Origin: a virus
Lineage: Duplodnaviria > Caudoviricetes
Length of the DNA: 64,000 bases
IMG/VR virus record: IMGVR_UViG_3300032295_001004
Span: 3,068 to 67,067 of that record
Strand: one strand, 5' to 3'
Numbering within the stretch: position 1 is the stretch's first letter; every line of letters begins with the position of its first letter. A model generated the notes under the pieces. The model saw only the letters and a program-made list of their open reading frames with translations. It was not told the origin of the DNA and searched no databases. The position numbers and the translations under genes are program-made. Shown here one piece after another: positions 36,475 through 45,198 of the stretch.

Positions 36475-36698
36475 AAGAAAGAATAAAAGAATTAATGTTA
36501 GACTGCTATAATCCATATGGCAATTTTGACTATGAAAAATTTGCCAGTTTGATTTGGCAAGAAGCAATAGAGACAGTTAAAGAAACTCCTACCCATTGTG
36601 CATACACTACTTACGATTATCCAATAGTTAAATGTACTATTGATAAATCTGTAGAAATTCTTATAAAGAAATTTGAAAATGAAAAAGGTATACTATGA
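36471..36698 (+). CDS. Hypothetical protein
   Basis: ATGA-type overlap. Confidence 0.55.
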   Translation: MKERIKELMLDCYNPYGNFDYEKFASLIWQEAIETVKETPTHCAYTTYDYPIVKCTIDKSVEILIKKFENEKGIL

Positions 36699-37134
36699 AA
36701 AGGTCGGTCGTAGATATGTGCCTGTTGCTGAGTACGATAGCACTTACATGGATAGTTTCCCTAAAGGTAATCACTTGGTCATGTGCTACCCTGGGGGATC
36801 CAGCCGAAGGTTTAACATTGAACCTAACTATGCCGCGATGATTGCTGCCGGGCGGATAGCAGAAGATGTTATCAGTTCAGCAGTTGTAAAGGCCAGTGAA
36901 ATGCGGCCACACAATAGGCCTATTACTGAAAAGCAAAAGAAGGCCTGGGAGGCATTGGCTAGGGCATTCGGTGATGACCGTTACTATGTAGAGATTCCTA
37001 GTGCTAGAGAAATTGCCGAAGCAGGTGTAAAGGCCATGCAAGAAGAAGCTAACAAACTTATGGAACACGAAAGTGTTCGTAAAGCATATGAACATTTTAT
37101 ACTAATGTGCCAACTAACTAAGGAAATAAAATGA
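36679..37134 (+). CDS. Hypothetical protein
   Basis: MKKVYYEKVGRRYVPV...; overlapping operon gene. Confidence 0.6.
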   Translation: MKKVYYEKVGRRYVPVAEYDSTYMDSFPKGNHLVMCYPGGSSRRFNIEPNYAAMIAAGRIAEDVISSAVVKASEMRPHNRPITEKQKKAWEALARAFGDDRYYVEIPSAREIAEAGVKAMQEEANKLMEHESVRKAYEHFILMCQLTKEIK

Positions 37135-37559
37135 CTGACAATCTTAGTAAGTACGATCAATTTGAAAAAAGACTAACTGATAAGTACCCTGCAATGTTTT
37201 CACAACCATACGGCGGTATTGCTGTAGGTGAGGGTTGGTGGCCTATTATAGAATCGCTATGTGGGAATATTCAACACTATCTTAACTGGATCAATACGAA
37301 CCATGAAAAGCATCCCGTAGTTGAACAAGTGGTGGTAACGCAAGTTAAAGAAAAGTTTGGCGGATTGCGATTCTACTATGATGGCGGCGATGATCGAGTC
37401 ATTGGTATGGTCCGTATGGCAGAGTCATGGGCTGATAAGACATGTGAAGATTGCGGAGTGCCTGCAACTAAGAAAACAGGCGGCTGGATCAAGAATGTTT
37501 GCGATAAGCATTTTGAAGAATACGAAGCTCGTAGGAAAGAAAGGTTAGGTATAAAATGA
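37131..37559 (+). CDS. Hypothetical phage protein
   Basis: QVKEKFGGLRFY motif plus CEDCG...C zinc-ribbon-like end. Confidence 0.65.
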   Translation: MTDNLSKYDQFEKRLTDKYPAMFSQPYGGIAVGEGWWPIIESLCGNIQHYLNWINTNHEKHPVVEQVVVTQVKEKFGGLRFYYDGGDDRVIGMVRMAESWADKTCEDCGVPATKKTGGWIKNVCDKHFEEYEARRKERLGIK

Positions 37560-37810
37560 CACTACCCGATGAACGATATCGTGCTGTAATACAGACTAGA
37601 AGATTCTTGTTGGATCTAACTAATCCACAGCACACACCAAGGCTTCCGAAACTCATTAGACAGACTGCCGCGGCTATGTTGCGACACTATCCTAATGAAT
37701 GGGACATGAATATAGCGGCAAGTAGATCTCCAGAAGTCTTTGCTGAAGATATGGAACCGTTGTATCGGATGATTAAACAATATGAACAGGACAAAAATGA
37801 AAATACCTAG
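37556..37810 (+). CDS. Hypothetical phage protein
   Basis: MTLPDERYRAV...LRHYP; ATGA overlap. Confidence 0.65.
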   Translation: MTLPDERYRAVIQTRRFLLDLTNPQHTPRLPKLIRQTAAAMLRHYPNEWDMNIAASRSPEVFAEDMEPLYRMIKQYEQDKNENT

Positions 37811-37982
37811 AGAATTGTTAATTGTTGCAATTTGTTTGCCCTTAGGGTTTTGTTTAACATATTTTATCTTGCCCAAGCATGGTGAAAGAGTGTATAATTG
37901 CAGTATAGCAGAAATTAGTCCAGACATTCCTATTAAAGTTAAAGAGGAATGTCGCAAACTCAGAACGGATAAAATAAAATGA
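37797..37982 (+). CDS. Small membrane-anchored protein
   Basis: One TM helix followed by YNCSIAEISPD...EEC. Confidence 0.55.
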   Translation: MKIPRELLIVAICLPLGFCLTYFILPKHGERVYNCSIAEISPDIPIKVKEECRKLRTDKIK

Positions 37983-38386
37983 AAGTTGGTCTAAGTTATA
38001 GCCGGTGTATTCGTGATATCGTTGATGGCACAGTAGACATCAACGATGTCTTAGTTGTTGTTTCTCGTACGGACTTTGATCCGCACAATGACGAACAATG
38101 GGCAGGTATTTGGGAAGGATACCATTGGGCTAATCCAGAATGGGCTAGCTACCCAGATGAAGACGAGAGTCGCTTCCGTCAGATCAGTATTGATCTTTGG
38201 GAGCAAGGTAAGTTTCATCAACCTCGTAAGTTCGGTGCTAGACCACAGCGCATGTCTTACTACTGGCTAGAAGTTGGCTTAACATCACACGACATCGACA
38301 GTAATCCCACAGTGAAGAAAGCGTGGGAACAATTTCAAATTCTTGCAGGACTTGCAAATACAAATAAAGTAAAGGATAATTTTTAA
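37979..38386 (+). CDS. Hypothetical protein
   Basis: 135 aa ORF, ATGA overlap. Confidence 0.6.
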   Translation: MKVGLSYSRCIRDIVDGTVDINDVLVVVSRTDFDPHNDEQWAGIWEGYHWANPEWASYPDEDESRFRQISIDLWEQGKFHQPRKFGARPQRMSYYWLEVGLTSHDIDSNPTVKKAWEQFQILAGLANTNKVKDNF

Positions 38387-38387
38387 T

Positions 38388-39005
38388 ATGTTAGTACCAA
38401 TGGTCATTGAAAAGACTAGTTCAGGAGAACGAGCCTTTGACATCTATAGTCGCTTGCTTAACGAACGCATCGTGTTCCTTAATGGGCCAGTTGACGATCA
38501 CAGTGCCAATGTAATTGTTGCACAATTTTTACATCTTGAGAGTCAGGACAGCGAAAAGGACATTAACTTCTATATTAATAGTCCAGGCGGACTTGTTACT
38601 GCTGGCCTAAGCATTTACGATGTTATGCAATTTGTCAAACCCGATGTAGCAACATTTGTGATGGGTCAGGCTTGCTCAATGGGGTCGTTCCTTGCACAAG
38701 CAGGTGCCAAGGACAAGCGATTTGTATTGCCGGAAAGCCGCACAATGATTCACCGTGTTAGTTCTGGTACACGCGGTACAAGTGGTTCTGTACATGTACA
38801 AGACTTGCAGTTCGAAGATGCAAAACGCAGTTTTGAAGAATCTAAACGGATTAACGAACGACTGACGCAGTTGTATGTCAAGCACAATACCAAAGGTAAG
38901 ACCTACGAAGAAATGTTTGAAACTATGAAGTTTGATACATTCTTAAGTGCCCAAGAAGCAGTAGATTATGGACTGGCTGATAAAGTTGTTGAACAGCGTA
39001 ATTAA
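38388..39005 (+). CDS. clpP: ATP-dependent Clp protease proteolytic subunit
   Basis: [29 protein letters not shown] (Ser), MIH (His), [12 protein letters not shown]. Confidence 0.93.
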   Translation: MLVPMVIEKTSSGERAFDIYSRLLNERIVFLNGPVDDHSANVIVAQFLHLESQDSEKDINFYINSPGGLVTAGLSIYDVMQFVKPDVATFVMGQACSMGSFLAQAGAKDKRFVLPESRTMIHRVSSGTRGTSGSVHVQDLQFEDAKRSFEESKRINERLTQLYVKHNTKGKTYEEMFETMKFDTFLSAQEAVDYGLADKVVEQRN

Positions 39006-39798
39006 GTGTTTGGTTATCTCCTCATTTTTATGCGGAGTGCCTATTTACGCTAAATCAAAGGCAACCCCCATTACTGCCACTAGCTATGCGGTAATGGATC
39101 TCAATACTGGTACAATGCTCAAGGAACGAAACAGCGAAGAAGTCCGTAGCATAGCCAGTATTACTAAAATAATGACAGCAATGGTTATTTTAGATGCAGG
39201 TACAGATCTCACTGAACTGGTCAAGGTTGAGCGCATTAAAGGAATAAGAAGTAGATTGCAAAACAATCTGACTGTGCCTAAAAGTACATTACTTCATATC
39301 ACTTTAATGAGTTCAGACAATCTAGCTTCTAAACTATTAGCTAAACACTATCCCGGTGGCGAAGATGCGTTTATTGTAAAAATGAACGAAAAAGCACAGT
39401 CGCTAGGCATGACCCATACTCAGTTTACTGATCCTACAGGCTTATTAGACACTAATATCAGTACGGCACAAGACTTGATTAAGCTGTTATCACATGCAGC
39501 GACCTACGAAACTATCTTAAAATATAGCACTAGCGATCATACTTCTATAGAAATTCCAGGCAAGAAACGGTCTACTTCTGTTAATTATGGAACTACAAAC
39601 AGTCTTGTTAAGAAATATAAAGACATAGTTATAAGCAAAACAGGCTGGATTCAAAGGTCAGGCGGATGTCTAATCATGCTTGTACAAGGCCAAGATCATA
39701 AGCGAGCTATTATTGTACTAAATAGTAGAAACACCCATACCAGAATTCTGGAAGGTGACCTACTATACGGAATGTACAACAATGGTAAAAACTTTTGA
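38968..39798 (+). CDS. Peptidase S11 (D-Ala-D-Ala carboxy/endopeptidase, PBP5/PBP7-like)
   Basis: Signal-like N-terminus; ASITK (SxxK), SSDN (SxN), SKTG (KTG), FTDPTGL. Confidence 0.88.
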   Translation: MDWLIKLLNSVIKCLVISSFLCGVPIYAKSKATPITATSYAVMDLNTGTMLKERNSEEVRSIASITKIMTAMVILDAGTDLTELVKVERIKGIRSRLQNNLTVPKSTLLHITLMSSDNLASKLLAKHYPGGEDAFIVKMNEKAQSLGMTHTQFTDPTGLLDTNISTAQDLIKLLSHAATYETILKYSTSDHTSIEIPGKKRSTSVNYGTTNSLVKKYKDIVISKTGWIQRSGGCLIMLVQGQDHKRAIIVLNSRNTHTRILEGDLLYGMYNNGKNF

Positions 39799-40864
39799 CG
39801 GAAATACAATTGACAGTATTCCACGCTCTAATCTAACTTTAAATGCCGGCGATCTCTCTGGAGATTTAGTCAACGGTGGCACAATCACAAACTTTGCCAG
39901 TACGGGCATTAAAGATCGAAGCACTAAGCAAACCTTAGTAGTTGAAGATGATAAAATTACCGTTAAAACACTTGCGGTAACTACCATTGAAAATAGCTTT
40001 ACAGTCCGCGGCGATGTTAAAATCTACGGTGTACTAGATGCAGGATTTGTTAGAACTACTGAGCTGATTACTAATCAAGTCTACGAAAAACAATATTTAG
40101 AGTTCGGAGAGGGCGAAAAAGGCTCCAACATGGGAACTGGTTTGTTATGGCCGCAAAAAGATTCATATAACAAACAATTTGTATTAATGGCAGGTCCTGA
40201 TAGATTCTTTAGTACAGAAAATATTGATATTACTGCTGGTAGAAACTATATGATCGGCGGGCATATTGTTCTAAACGATTCCGAACTAGGTAGTGGAATT
40301 ACTGCTAGTAACCTTAAAAAAGTTGGCAGACTAGAAAAATTAGTTGTAACAGGTAATGTAGAATTTAACGATAATGTGTTTTATGATGCAGAATCTGGTA
40401 GATTCAGTATCGGGTATGATAGTCCAACTGCAATCTTTACAGTGTACGACGAGGTAAATGACATCGAAATGGTTATTAACGGAGACCGTAACGGCGTTGG
40501 TAGATTTGGTACTAGAAATAACAAAGGCGTTAGTATTATTACCGATGACCAACCTAGAATTAGCGTTGATGAAAAAGGTGATATTACATTTGGACATGAG
40601 TTTAAAGACTCCACAGTTGTCCGATCATTTGGCAAATTCTCTGTTGGTGTTAAGAATCCTAGAGAACAATTTGAAGTTGCAGGCAACATGAGATTTGCCG
40701 GCAAATTATTTGCCAAAGGTGATGAGCCTCCGAGAGATGGTAATTACACCAAAGGTGACATAGTGTGGAACAGCGAGCCAAGACCAACTGGAAATGTGGG
40801 CTGGATTTGTGTACAGGGCGGTAGTCCAGGTCTTTGGAAAACATTTGGACAAATCTCAGGATAA
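39782..40864 (+). CDS. Fibre/spike-like structural protein
   Basis: beta-strand repeats (FSVGVKNPREQFEVAGN) and C-terminal GDIVWNSEP...GWICV..G.PG.WKTFG typical of fibre termini. Confidence 0.5.
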   Translation: MVKTFDGNTIDSIPRSNLTLNAGDLSGDLVNGGTITNFASTGIKDRSTKQTLVVEDDKITVKTLAVTTIENSFTVRGDVKIYGVLDAGFVRTTELITNQVYEKQYLEFGEGEKGSNMGTGLLWPQKDSYNKQFVLMAGPDRFFSTENIDITAGRNYMIGGHIVLNDSELGSGITASNLKKVGRLEKLVVTGNVEFNDNVFYDAESGRFSIGYDSPTAIFTVYDEVNDIEMVINGDRNGVGRFGTRNNKGVSIITDDQPRISVDEKGDITFGHEFKDSTVVRSFGKFSVGVKNPREQFEVAGNMRFAGKLFAKGDEPPRDGNYTKGDIVWNSEPRPTGNVGWICVQGGSPGLWKTFGQISG

Positions 40865-40910
40865 AGCACCGACTAAAGTATATCAGGTTCTCAAGTAAAT
40901 ATTTTTACTC

Positions 40911-41108
40911 ATGGGAACTATTATGGCAAATTATATAACAATATTTTTATTTGTAGGTGGGGCTGTTGGCTGGACTTTGTTTGCGCTAGCATTTGTTCAA
41001 TTACAACACAGTCGTCGAAAAGAATTAGAAATGATCAAAGAAATCTCCAAAGAACTTAAAACAGTCAAAGAGGAAATAAAATTGTTGACAACAGGTACTA
41101 TTAAATAG
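40911..41108 (+). CDS. Small membrane protein with coiled-coil tail
   Basis: One hydrophobic helix followed by a heptad-rich charged segment; TAAATA at 40896. Confidence 0.55.
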   Translation: MGTIMANYITIFLFVGGAVGWTLFALAFVQLQHSRRKELEMIKEISKELKTVKEEIKLLTTGTIK

Positions 41109-41114
41109 TATACT
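41085..41114 (+). promoter_or_regulatory. Probable sigma70 promoter
   Basis: TTGACA-N18-TATACT upstream of queD. Confidence 0.6.
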
Positions 41115-41202
41115 AATAGCTCAGCGGACTTTTACGCACATTCATCCCGCTTTATAAACTCTGCATGTCGTCAAACTTGCTACCTTATAAAGGAGACTAG
41201 AG

Positions 41203-41709
41203 ATGGCAAATCTACAACCTGTACTATACAAGTACACAAGCACTAAAGAATATCACGATGCATTTCCCTGTGCATACCGCCAATGGCGTAGTGATAGTCA
41301 TTGTAATCTAATTCACGGCTATTCATTTAGCATGAAATTCTACTTTGGCACCAACGACCTAGATGTCCGCAACTGGGCGGCTGACTACGGTGGTTTAAAA
41401 GAACTAAAGAAAACATTAGAGGATCAATTCGATCATACTTTAATTGTTGCACAAGACGATCCTCAAATGGAAGTATTCAAAATGCTACAAGAAAAGAACA
41501 TGGCTAAGATTGTCATTCTACCTGCACTCGGTTGTGAAGCATTAAGTGACATGCTCTACAAATATGTCAACGGCGTTTACATTCCAGAGATGTGGGGACC
41601 GGGCGAAGCGGCAAGACTTTGGTGCTATCGTGTGGAAGTACGCGAAACACAGGCCAATATGGCGTTCCGTGAAGGACATCGTGAATGGAATGAAGACCTA
41701 TTTGCGTAA
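41203..41709 (+). CDS. queD: 6-pyruvoyl-tetrahydropterin synthase/QueD-family protein
   Basis: HCNLIHGYS, DYGGLK, FDH, VRET; AAGGAG RBS. Confidence 0.75.
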   Translation: MANLQPVLYKYTSTKEYHDAFPCAYRQWRSDSHCNLIHGYSFSMKFYFGTNDLDVRNWAADYGGLKELKKTLEDQFDHTLIVAQDDPQMEVFKMLQEKNMAKIVILPALGCEALSDMLYKYVNGVYIPEMWGPGEAARLWCYRVEVRETQANMAFREGHREWNEDLFA

Positions 41710-41863
41710 CATTTGGAGACTATGGGCTAAGGCCCTTGGAGAAAAAGCAGGCAATACAGATTCGGAATCGGATCTAATTGCTTGCTTTCGCACATTTATT
41801 GTGCTATCATACATAATAACAAACTGCTTTATAGTAGCAGGTGTAATTCGACACTGGAATTGA
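41690..41863 (+). CDS. Small membrane protein
   Basis: MKTYLRNIWRLWAKALG... with a hydrophobic C-terminal helix. Confidence 0.55.
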   Translation: MKTYLRNIWRLWAKALGEKAGNTDSESDLIACFRTFIVLSYIITNCFIVAGVIRHWN

Positions 41864-41864
41864 T

Positions 41865-42005
41865 ATGATTATAACAGACAAAGATTGGTTAGAAAAAGTA
41901 AACATTGCATATAAGGCATATCCTTTTCCTACCAAAGAAATTGAAGCATATATTAATTGGCTTTATAAACAATACGGCATTGTACAACCAAAGGACAACA
42001 AATGA
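41865..42005 (+). CDS. Small hypothetical protein (46 aa)
   Basis: [12 protein letters not shown]...; overlaps the next ATG. Not in the ORF track. Confidence 0.5.
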   Translation: MIITDKDWLEKVNIAYKAYPFPTKEIEAYINWLYKQYGIVQPKDNK

Positions 42006-42937
42006 AAAAAATATTAGTAACCGGTGGGGCAGGATTCCTTGGCAGTCATCTGTGCGATAGATTAGTTACAGAAGGGCATCATGTTCTTTGTGTGGACAAC
42101 TACTTTACAGGTAGCAAGAATAACATTGCCCATTTGTTAGATAATAAAAATTTTGAAGTTATTCGTCAAGATATCTGCTTTCCATTATATGTAGAAGTAG
42201 ACGAAATTTATAACTTAGCATGTCCTGCAAGCCCATTCTATTATCAATGGGACCCTATCCAGACAATGAAAACTAGTGTATTAGGTGCGTACAATATGCT
42301 AGGACTTGCTAAACGAACTGGTGCTAAAATTTTACAGGCAAGTACAAGTGAAATTTATGGAGATCCACAAGTTCATCCGCAGCCAGAAAGCTATTGGGGC
42401 AATGTAAATCCAATTGGTATTCGTAGTTGCTATGATGAAGGCAAACGAGCAGCAGAAACCTTATTCATGGACTACTATCGTACTCACGATGTTAAGGCTA
42501 AAATTGTTCGGATTTTCAACACTTATGGACCAAGAATGGCCACAAATGATGGCAGAGTAGTCAGTAATTTCATCGTTCAAGCACTGCAAGGCAAAGACAT
42601 TACTTTGTACGGTGACGGTATGCAAACTCGTAGTTTCTGCTATGTTGATGATCTTTTGGATGCTATGCAGGCAATGATGAATCACACAGATGATAATTTT
42701 ATTGGGCCTGTCAATATTGGAAACCCTGGCGAGTTTACCATGTGGGAATTAGCACATAAAGTAATCGAGCTAACCGGGAGTAAGAGTCAAATCCTCCAAA
42801 TGTCGTTGCCCCAAGATGACCCTAAACAAAGACGCCCAGATATTTCTCAGGCCAAACAAATGTTAAACTGGGAACCAACAATTAATTTGGAACAAGGTCT
42901 TGTTAAAACCATTGACTATTTCCGAGGAATAGTGTAA
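42002..42937 (+). CDS. UDP-glucuronate decarboxylase (UDP-xylose synthase)-like SDR
   Basis: [53 protein letters not shown]. Confidence 0.88.
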   Translation: MKKILVTGGAGFLGSHLCDRLVTEGHHVLCVDNYFTGSKNNIAHLLDNKNFEVIRQDICFPLYVEVDEIYNLACPASPFYYQWDPIQTMKTSVLGAYNMLGLAKRTGAKILQASTSEIYGDPQVHPQPESYWGNVNPIGIRSCYDEGKRAAETLFMDYYRTHDVKAKIVRIFNTYGPRMATNDGRVVSNFIVQALQGKDITLYGDGMQTRSFCYVDDLLDAMQAMMNHTDDNFIGPVNIGNPGEFTMWELAHKVIELTGSKSQILQMSLPQDDPKQRRPDISQAKQMLNWEPTINLEQGLVKTIDYFRGIV

Positions 42938-42946
42938 AATAATAAC

Positions 42947-43222
42947 ATGACACATGGTATTATTGCACAAGAAGTTGGAGAGGCATTTTCAGAAATGTTT
43001 ACTATTCAACCGACTCCACGGCCGACTCCAGTGTTTTCAGTAACTGCTCCTCCCCAAAATAACATTATATTCCATTCTAACAAATCTGAGATTCTTAGAG
43101 TTGCTGAAGATGGATTTTATGTTAGGGGAGTAAAGGTTCCTGTAGACGATAATGAAGCGGCTGCTGTCTATAAGGCTTTTAAATCATTTTTAGTTCATCA
43201 CGCACTTACAAAGGAGTATTGA
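42947..43222 (+). CDS. Hypothetical protein
   Basis: 91 aa ORF. Confidence 0.55.
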   Translation: MTHGIIAQEVGEAFSEMFTIQPTPRPTPVFSVTAPPQNNIIFHSNKSEILRVAEDGFYVRGVKVPVDDNEAAAVYKAFKSFLVHHALTKEY

Positions 43223-43223
43223 G

Positions 43224-43400
43224 ATGGAACAATTTAGAAATTGGTATGTTCGCAACCAGGATGCGATTACATGGTTTATCATTGGTTTTCTAACCATGCA
43301 AGGACTAAATGAGCTTGCCAAGGGAGATTATGTCTGGGCTGGCATTTCTTTTATGATTGCTTATGCAAACTACGCAATTCGTAATTTTAGAATGCAATGA
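43224..43400 (+). CDS. Small two-TM membrane protein (58 aa)
   Basis: AAGGAG RBS; two hydrophobic segments. Not in the ORF track. Confidence 0.55.
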   Translation: MEQFRNWYVRNQDAITWFIIGFLTMQGLNELAKGDYVWAGISFMIAYANYAIRNFRMQ

Positions 43401-43567
43401 CCAATTGGACTGTGACAATTGAAGAAGACACCGAAACAGGTGATCTTCTGTTACCACTTCCAGAAGATCTGTTAAATCTACAGGGATGGGTCGAAGGCGA
43501 TACATTAACATGGATCGATAACAAAGACGGTACATGGTCTATTCAGAAAGTCCAAGATGAGCAGTGA
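43397..43567 (+). CDS. AbrB/MazE-like small DNA-binding protein (56 aa)
   Basis: LLLPLPEDLLNLQGWVEGDTLTWIDNKDG fits the AbrB swapped-hairpin pattern. Confidence 0.5.
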   Translation: MTNWTVTIEEDTETGDLLLPLPEDLLNLQGWVEGDTLTWIDNKDGTWSIQKVQDEQ

Positions 43568-43661
43568 TAAAATATTCTTCGGAACTATTTTAGCAATGAT
43601 GGCTCTGCTATTTGGACATCCTCTTATTGCATTAATTATTTTCATTCTAAGTATTATATGA
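43557..43661 (+). CDS. Hydrophobic micro-protein (34 aa)
   Basis: MSSDKIFFGTILAMMALLFGHPLIALIIFILSII; ATGA overlap with uvsE. Confidence 0.45.
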   Translation: MSSDKIFFGTILAMMALLFGHPLIALIIFILSII

Positions 43662-44686
43662 CTAAAAAAATCGGTTTTGCCTGCAAGTGGATTGATCATG
43701 CCGGACAAGTAGACGGCATTAAACCCAATGATGATGCTAAAAAGTACAATACAGGCAGTACTACAGTTGCCTGGTTAAATAGACAGAGTCGAGATGTAGC
43801 TGAACAGAAGCTCTGGGACCTAATGGTAGGTAACATCGAGGCAGTTCGAAAACTAGTTGAAAGGGTAGGAAGTTTAGATGAAAATCTTCGTATGGTGCGC
43901 CTCGGTAGTGATATTTTGCCTGTTTATACCCAATCCGACTGGAGTTATTTTTGGCGTCGTAGCGATGTTATTGACTATTGTTCTAAAAATTTTAAGTCTG
44001 TTGGCGACAGTGCTAGGAACAATAATGTTCGGCTTAGCTTCCATCCTGGACAGTTTACTGTACTTGCCAGCGACAATCCCGACATCGTCAATCGAAGCAT
44101 AGAGGAGTTTGAATATCATGCAGATATGGCCAGGTACATGGGCTACGGTAAATCATTTCAGGACTTTAAAATCAATGTCCACATCTCGGGTAGAGCCGGT
44201 CCCGAAGGTATTCGCTCTGCCTACAAAAGACTTACCCCCGAAGCAAGAAATTGTATTACCATCGAAAACGAAGAAATAAGCTATGGATTGGAAGATTGTC
44301 TCACTATTAGTGATTTGGTGCCTATCGTATTGGATGTGCATCACCATTGGGTTAAAACAGGCAATTACCTCTCGCCCATGGACTCCCTCAATGATCGGGT
44401 GGTTGAGTCTTGGCGTGGTGTCCGGCCTACTATGCACTATTCTGTCAGTCGTGAAGATTGGCTCGTGGGTCATGACACTGGTGTAAAACCAGATTACACA
44501 AAACTATTAAGTGAAGGCCACAAAAAACAAAAACTGCGGGCCCACAGTGATTTCATGTGGAATACCGCAGTAAATGAATGGGCGTTACAATTTACTCAGA
44601 CACATGATATAATGGTCGAAGCTAAAGGTAAAAATTTAGCCAGCTTCGCATTATACGAGCAGGCTAAACAATTAGGCCTTCTTTGA
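43658..44686 (+). CDS. uvsE: UV damage endonuclease
   Basis: IGFAC, MVRLGSD, RLSFHPGQF, IENEE, LDVHHH, HYS, AHSD, IMVEAKGK. Confidence 0.9.
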   Translation: MTKKIGFACKWIDHAGQVDGIKPNDDAKKYNTGSTTVAWLNRQSRDVAEQKLWDLMVGNIEAVRKLVERVGSLDENLRMVRLGSDILPVYTQSDWSYFWRRSDVIDYCSKNFKSVGDSARNNNVRLSFHPGQFTVLASDNPDIVNRSIEEFEYHADMARYMGYGKSFQDFKINVHISGRAGPEGIRSAYKRLTPEARNCITIENEEISYGLEDCLTISDLVPIVLDVHHHWVKTGNYLSPMDSLNDRVVESWRGVRPTMHYSVSREDWLVGHDTGVKPDYTKLLSEGHKKQKLRAHSDFMWNTAVNEWALQFTQTHDIMVEAKGKNLASFALYEQAKQLGLL

Positions 44687-45046
44687 TGTTGCCGTTTTAG
44701 CTTTAGCTTTTGGAGCAGCCTTAATAGCAGCTACCTTTTTAGGGGCTGCTTTTTTTACGACTGGTTTTTCTACAACAGCTTTTGGAGCTCGAGGCTTGCG
44801 AGGCTTCTTGGCCGGTGCAGCTGGTGTGCTTAGATCTAATGGTTCTAAATCTAATGCTACAGCTACTGGATCAACCTTGGCTTCTACTACCGGCTGAACA
44901 GGTTCTACTACCAAAGGAATTGGTGTAGTGGCAGCAGGCTCAGGTACCTTATAAGGTGCTGATTCTACTACAGGTGCTGGTGCCGGAGCTGGTACTGGCT
45001 CTGTGCTCTTGTATGAGCTAAAAAATGATTTGATGAAGTTAATCAT
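44672..45046 (-). CDS. Pro/Ala/Lys-rich histone H1-like protein
   Basis: Start MINFIKSFF with AAGGA RBS and upstream TAAATA; tail AKKPRKPRAPKAVVEKPVVKKAAPKK. Confidence 0.6.
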   Translation of the reverse strand: MINFIKSFFSSYKSTEPVPAPAPAPVVESAPYKVPEPAATTPIPLVVEPVQPVVEAKVDPVAVALDLEPLDLSTPAAPAKKPRKPRAPKAVVEKPVVKKAAPKKVAAIKAAPKAKAKTATSKKA

Positions 45047-45171
45047 ACTAGTCCTTTCGATTAAGTATATATTTAACAGAATAGATTTCCCACTTATATT
45101 AGATTGATGTAGTTCCAAATAAATACTTGTTGATATGTAAAAATGCTTTAAACTAGGCATTCCATGCCATA

Positions 45172-45178
45172 ATAAATA
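45172..45178 (+). promoter_or_regulatory. Late-type promoter of the structural operon
   Basis: ATAAATA 20 nt upstream of ATG 45199 (GAGGA RBS). Confidence 0.6.
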
Positions 45179-45198
45179 TGGCTACAGCAGAGGAAATT

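Noticed and set aside
41120-41165. Canonical preQ1-I riboswitch
   Set aside because: It lacks the conserved UUCUAG-type loop and AUAAAAAACUAA tail; retained only as an unclassified leader.
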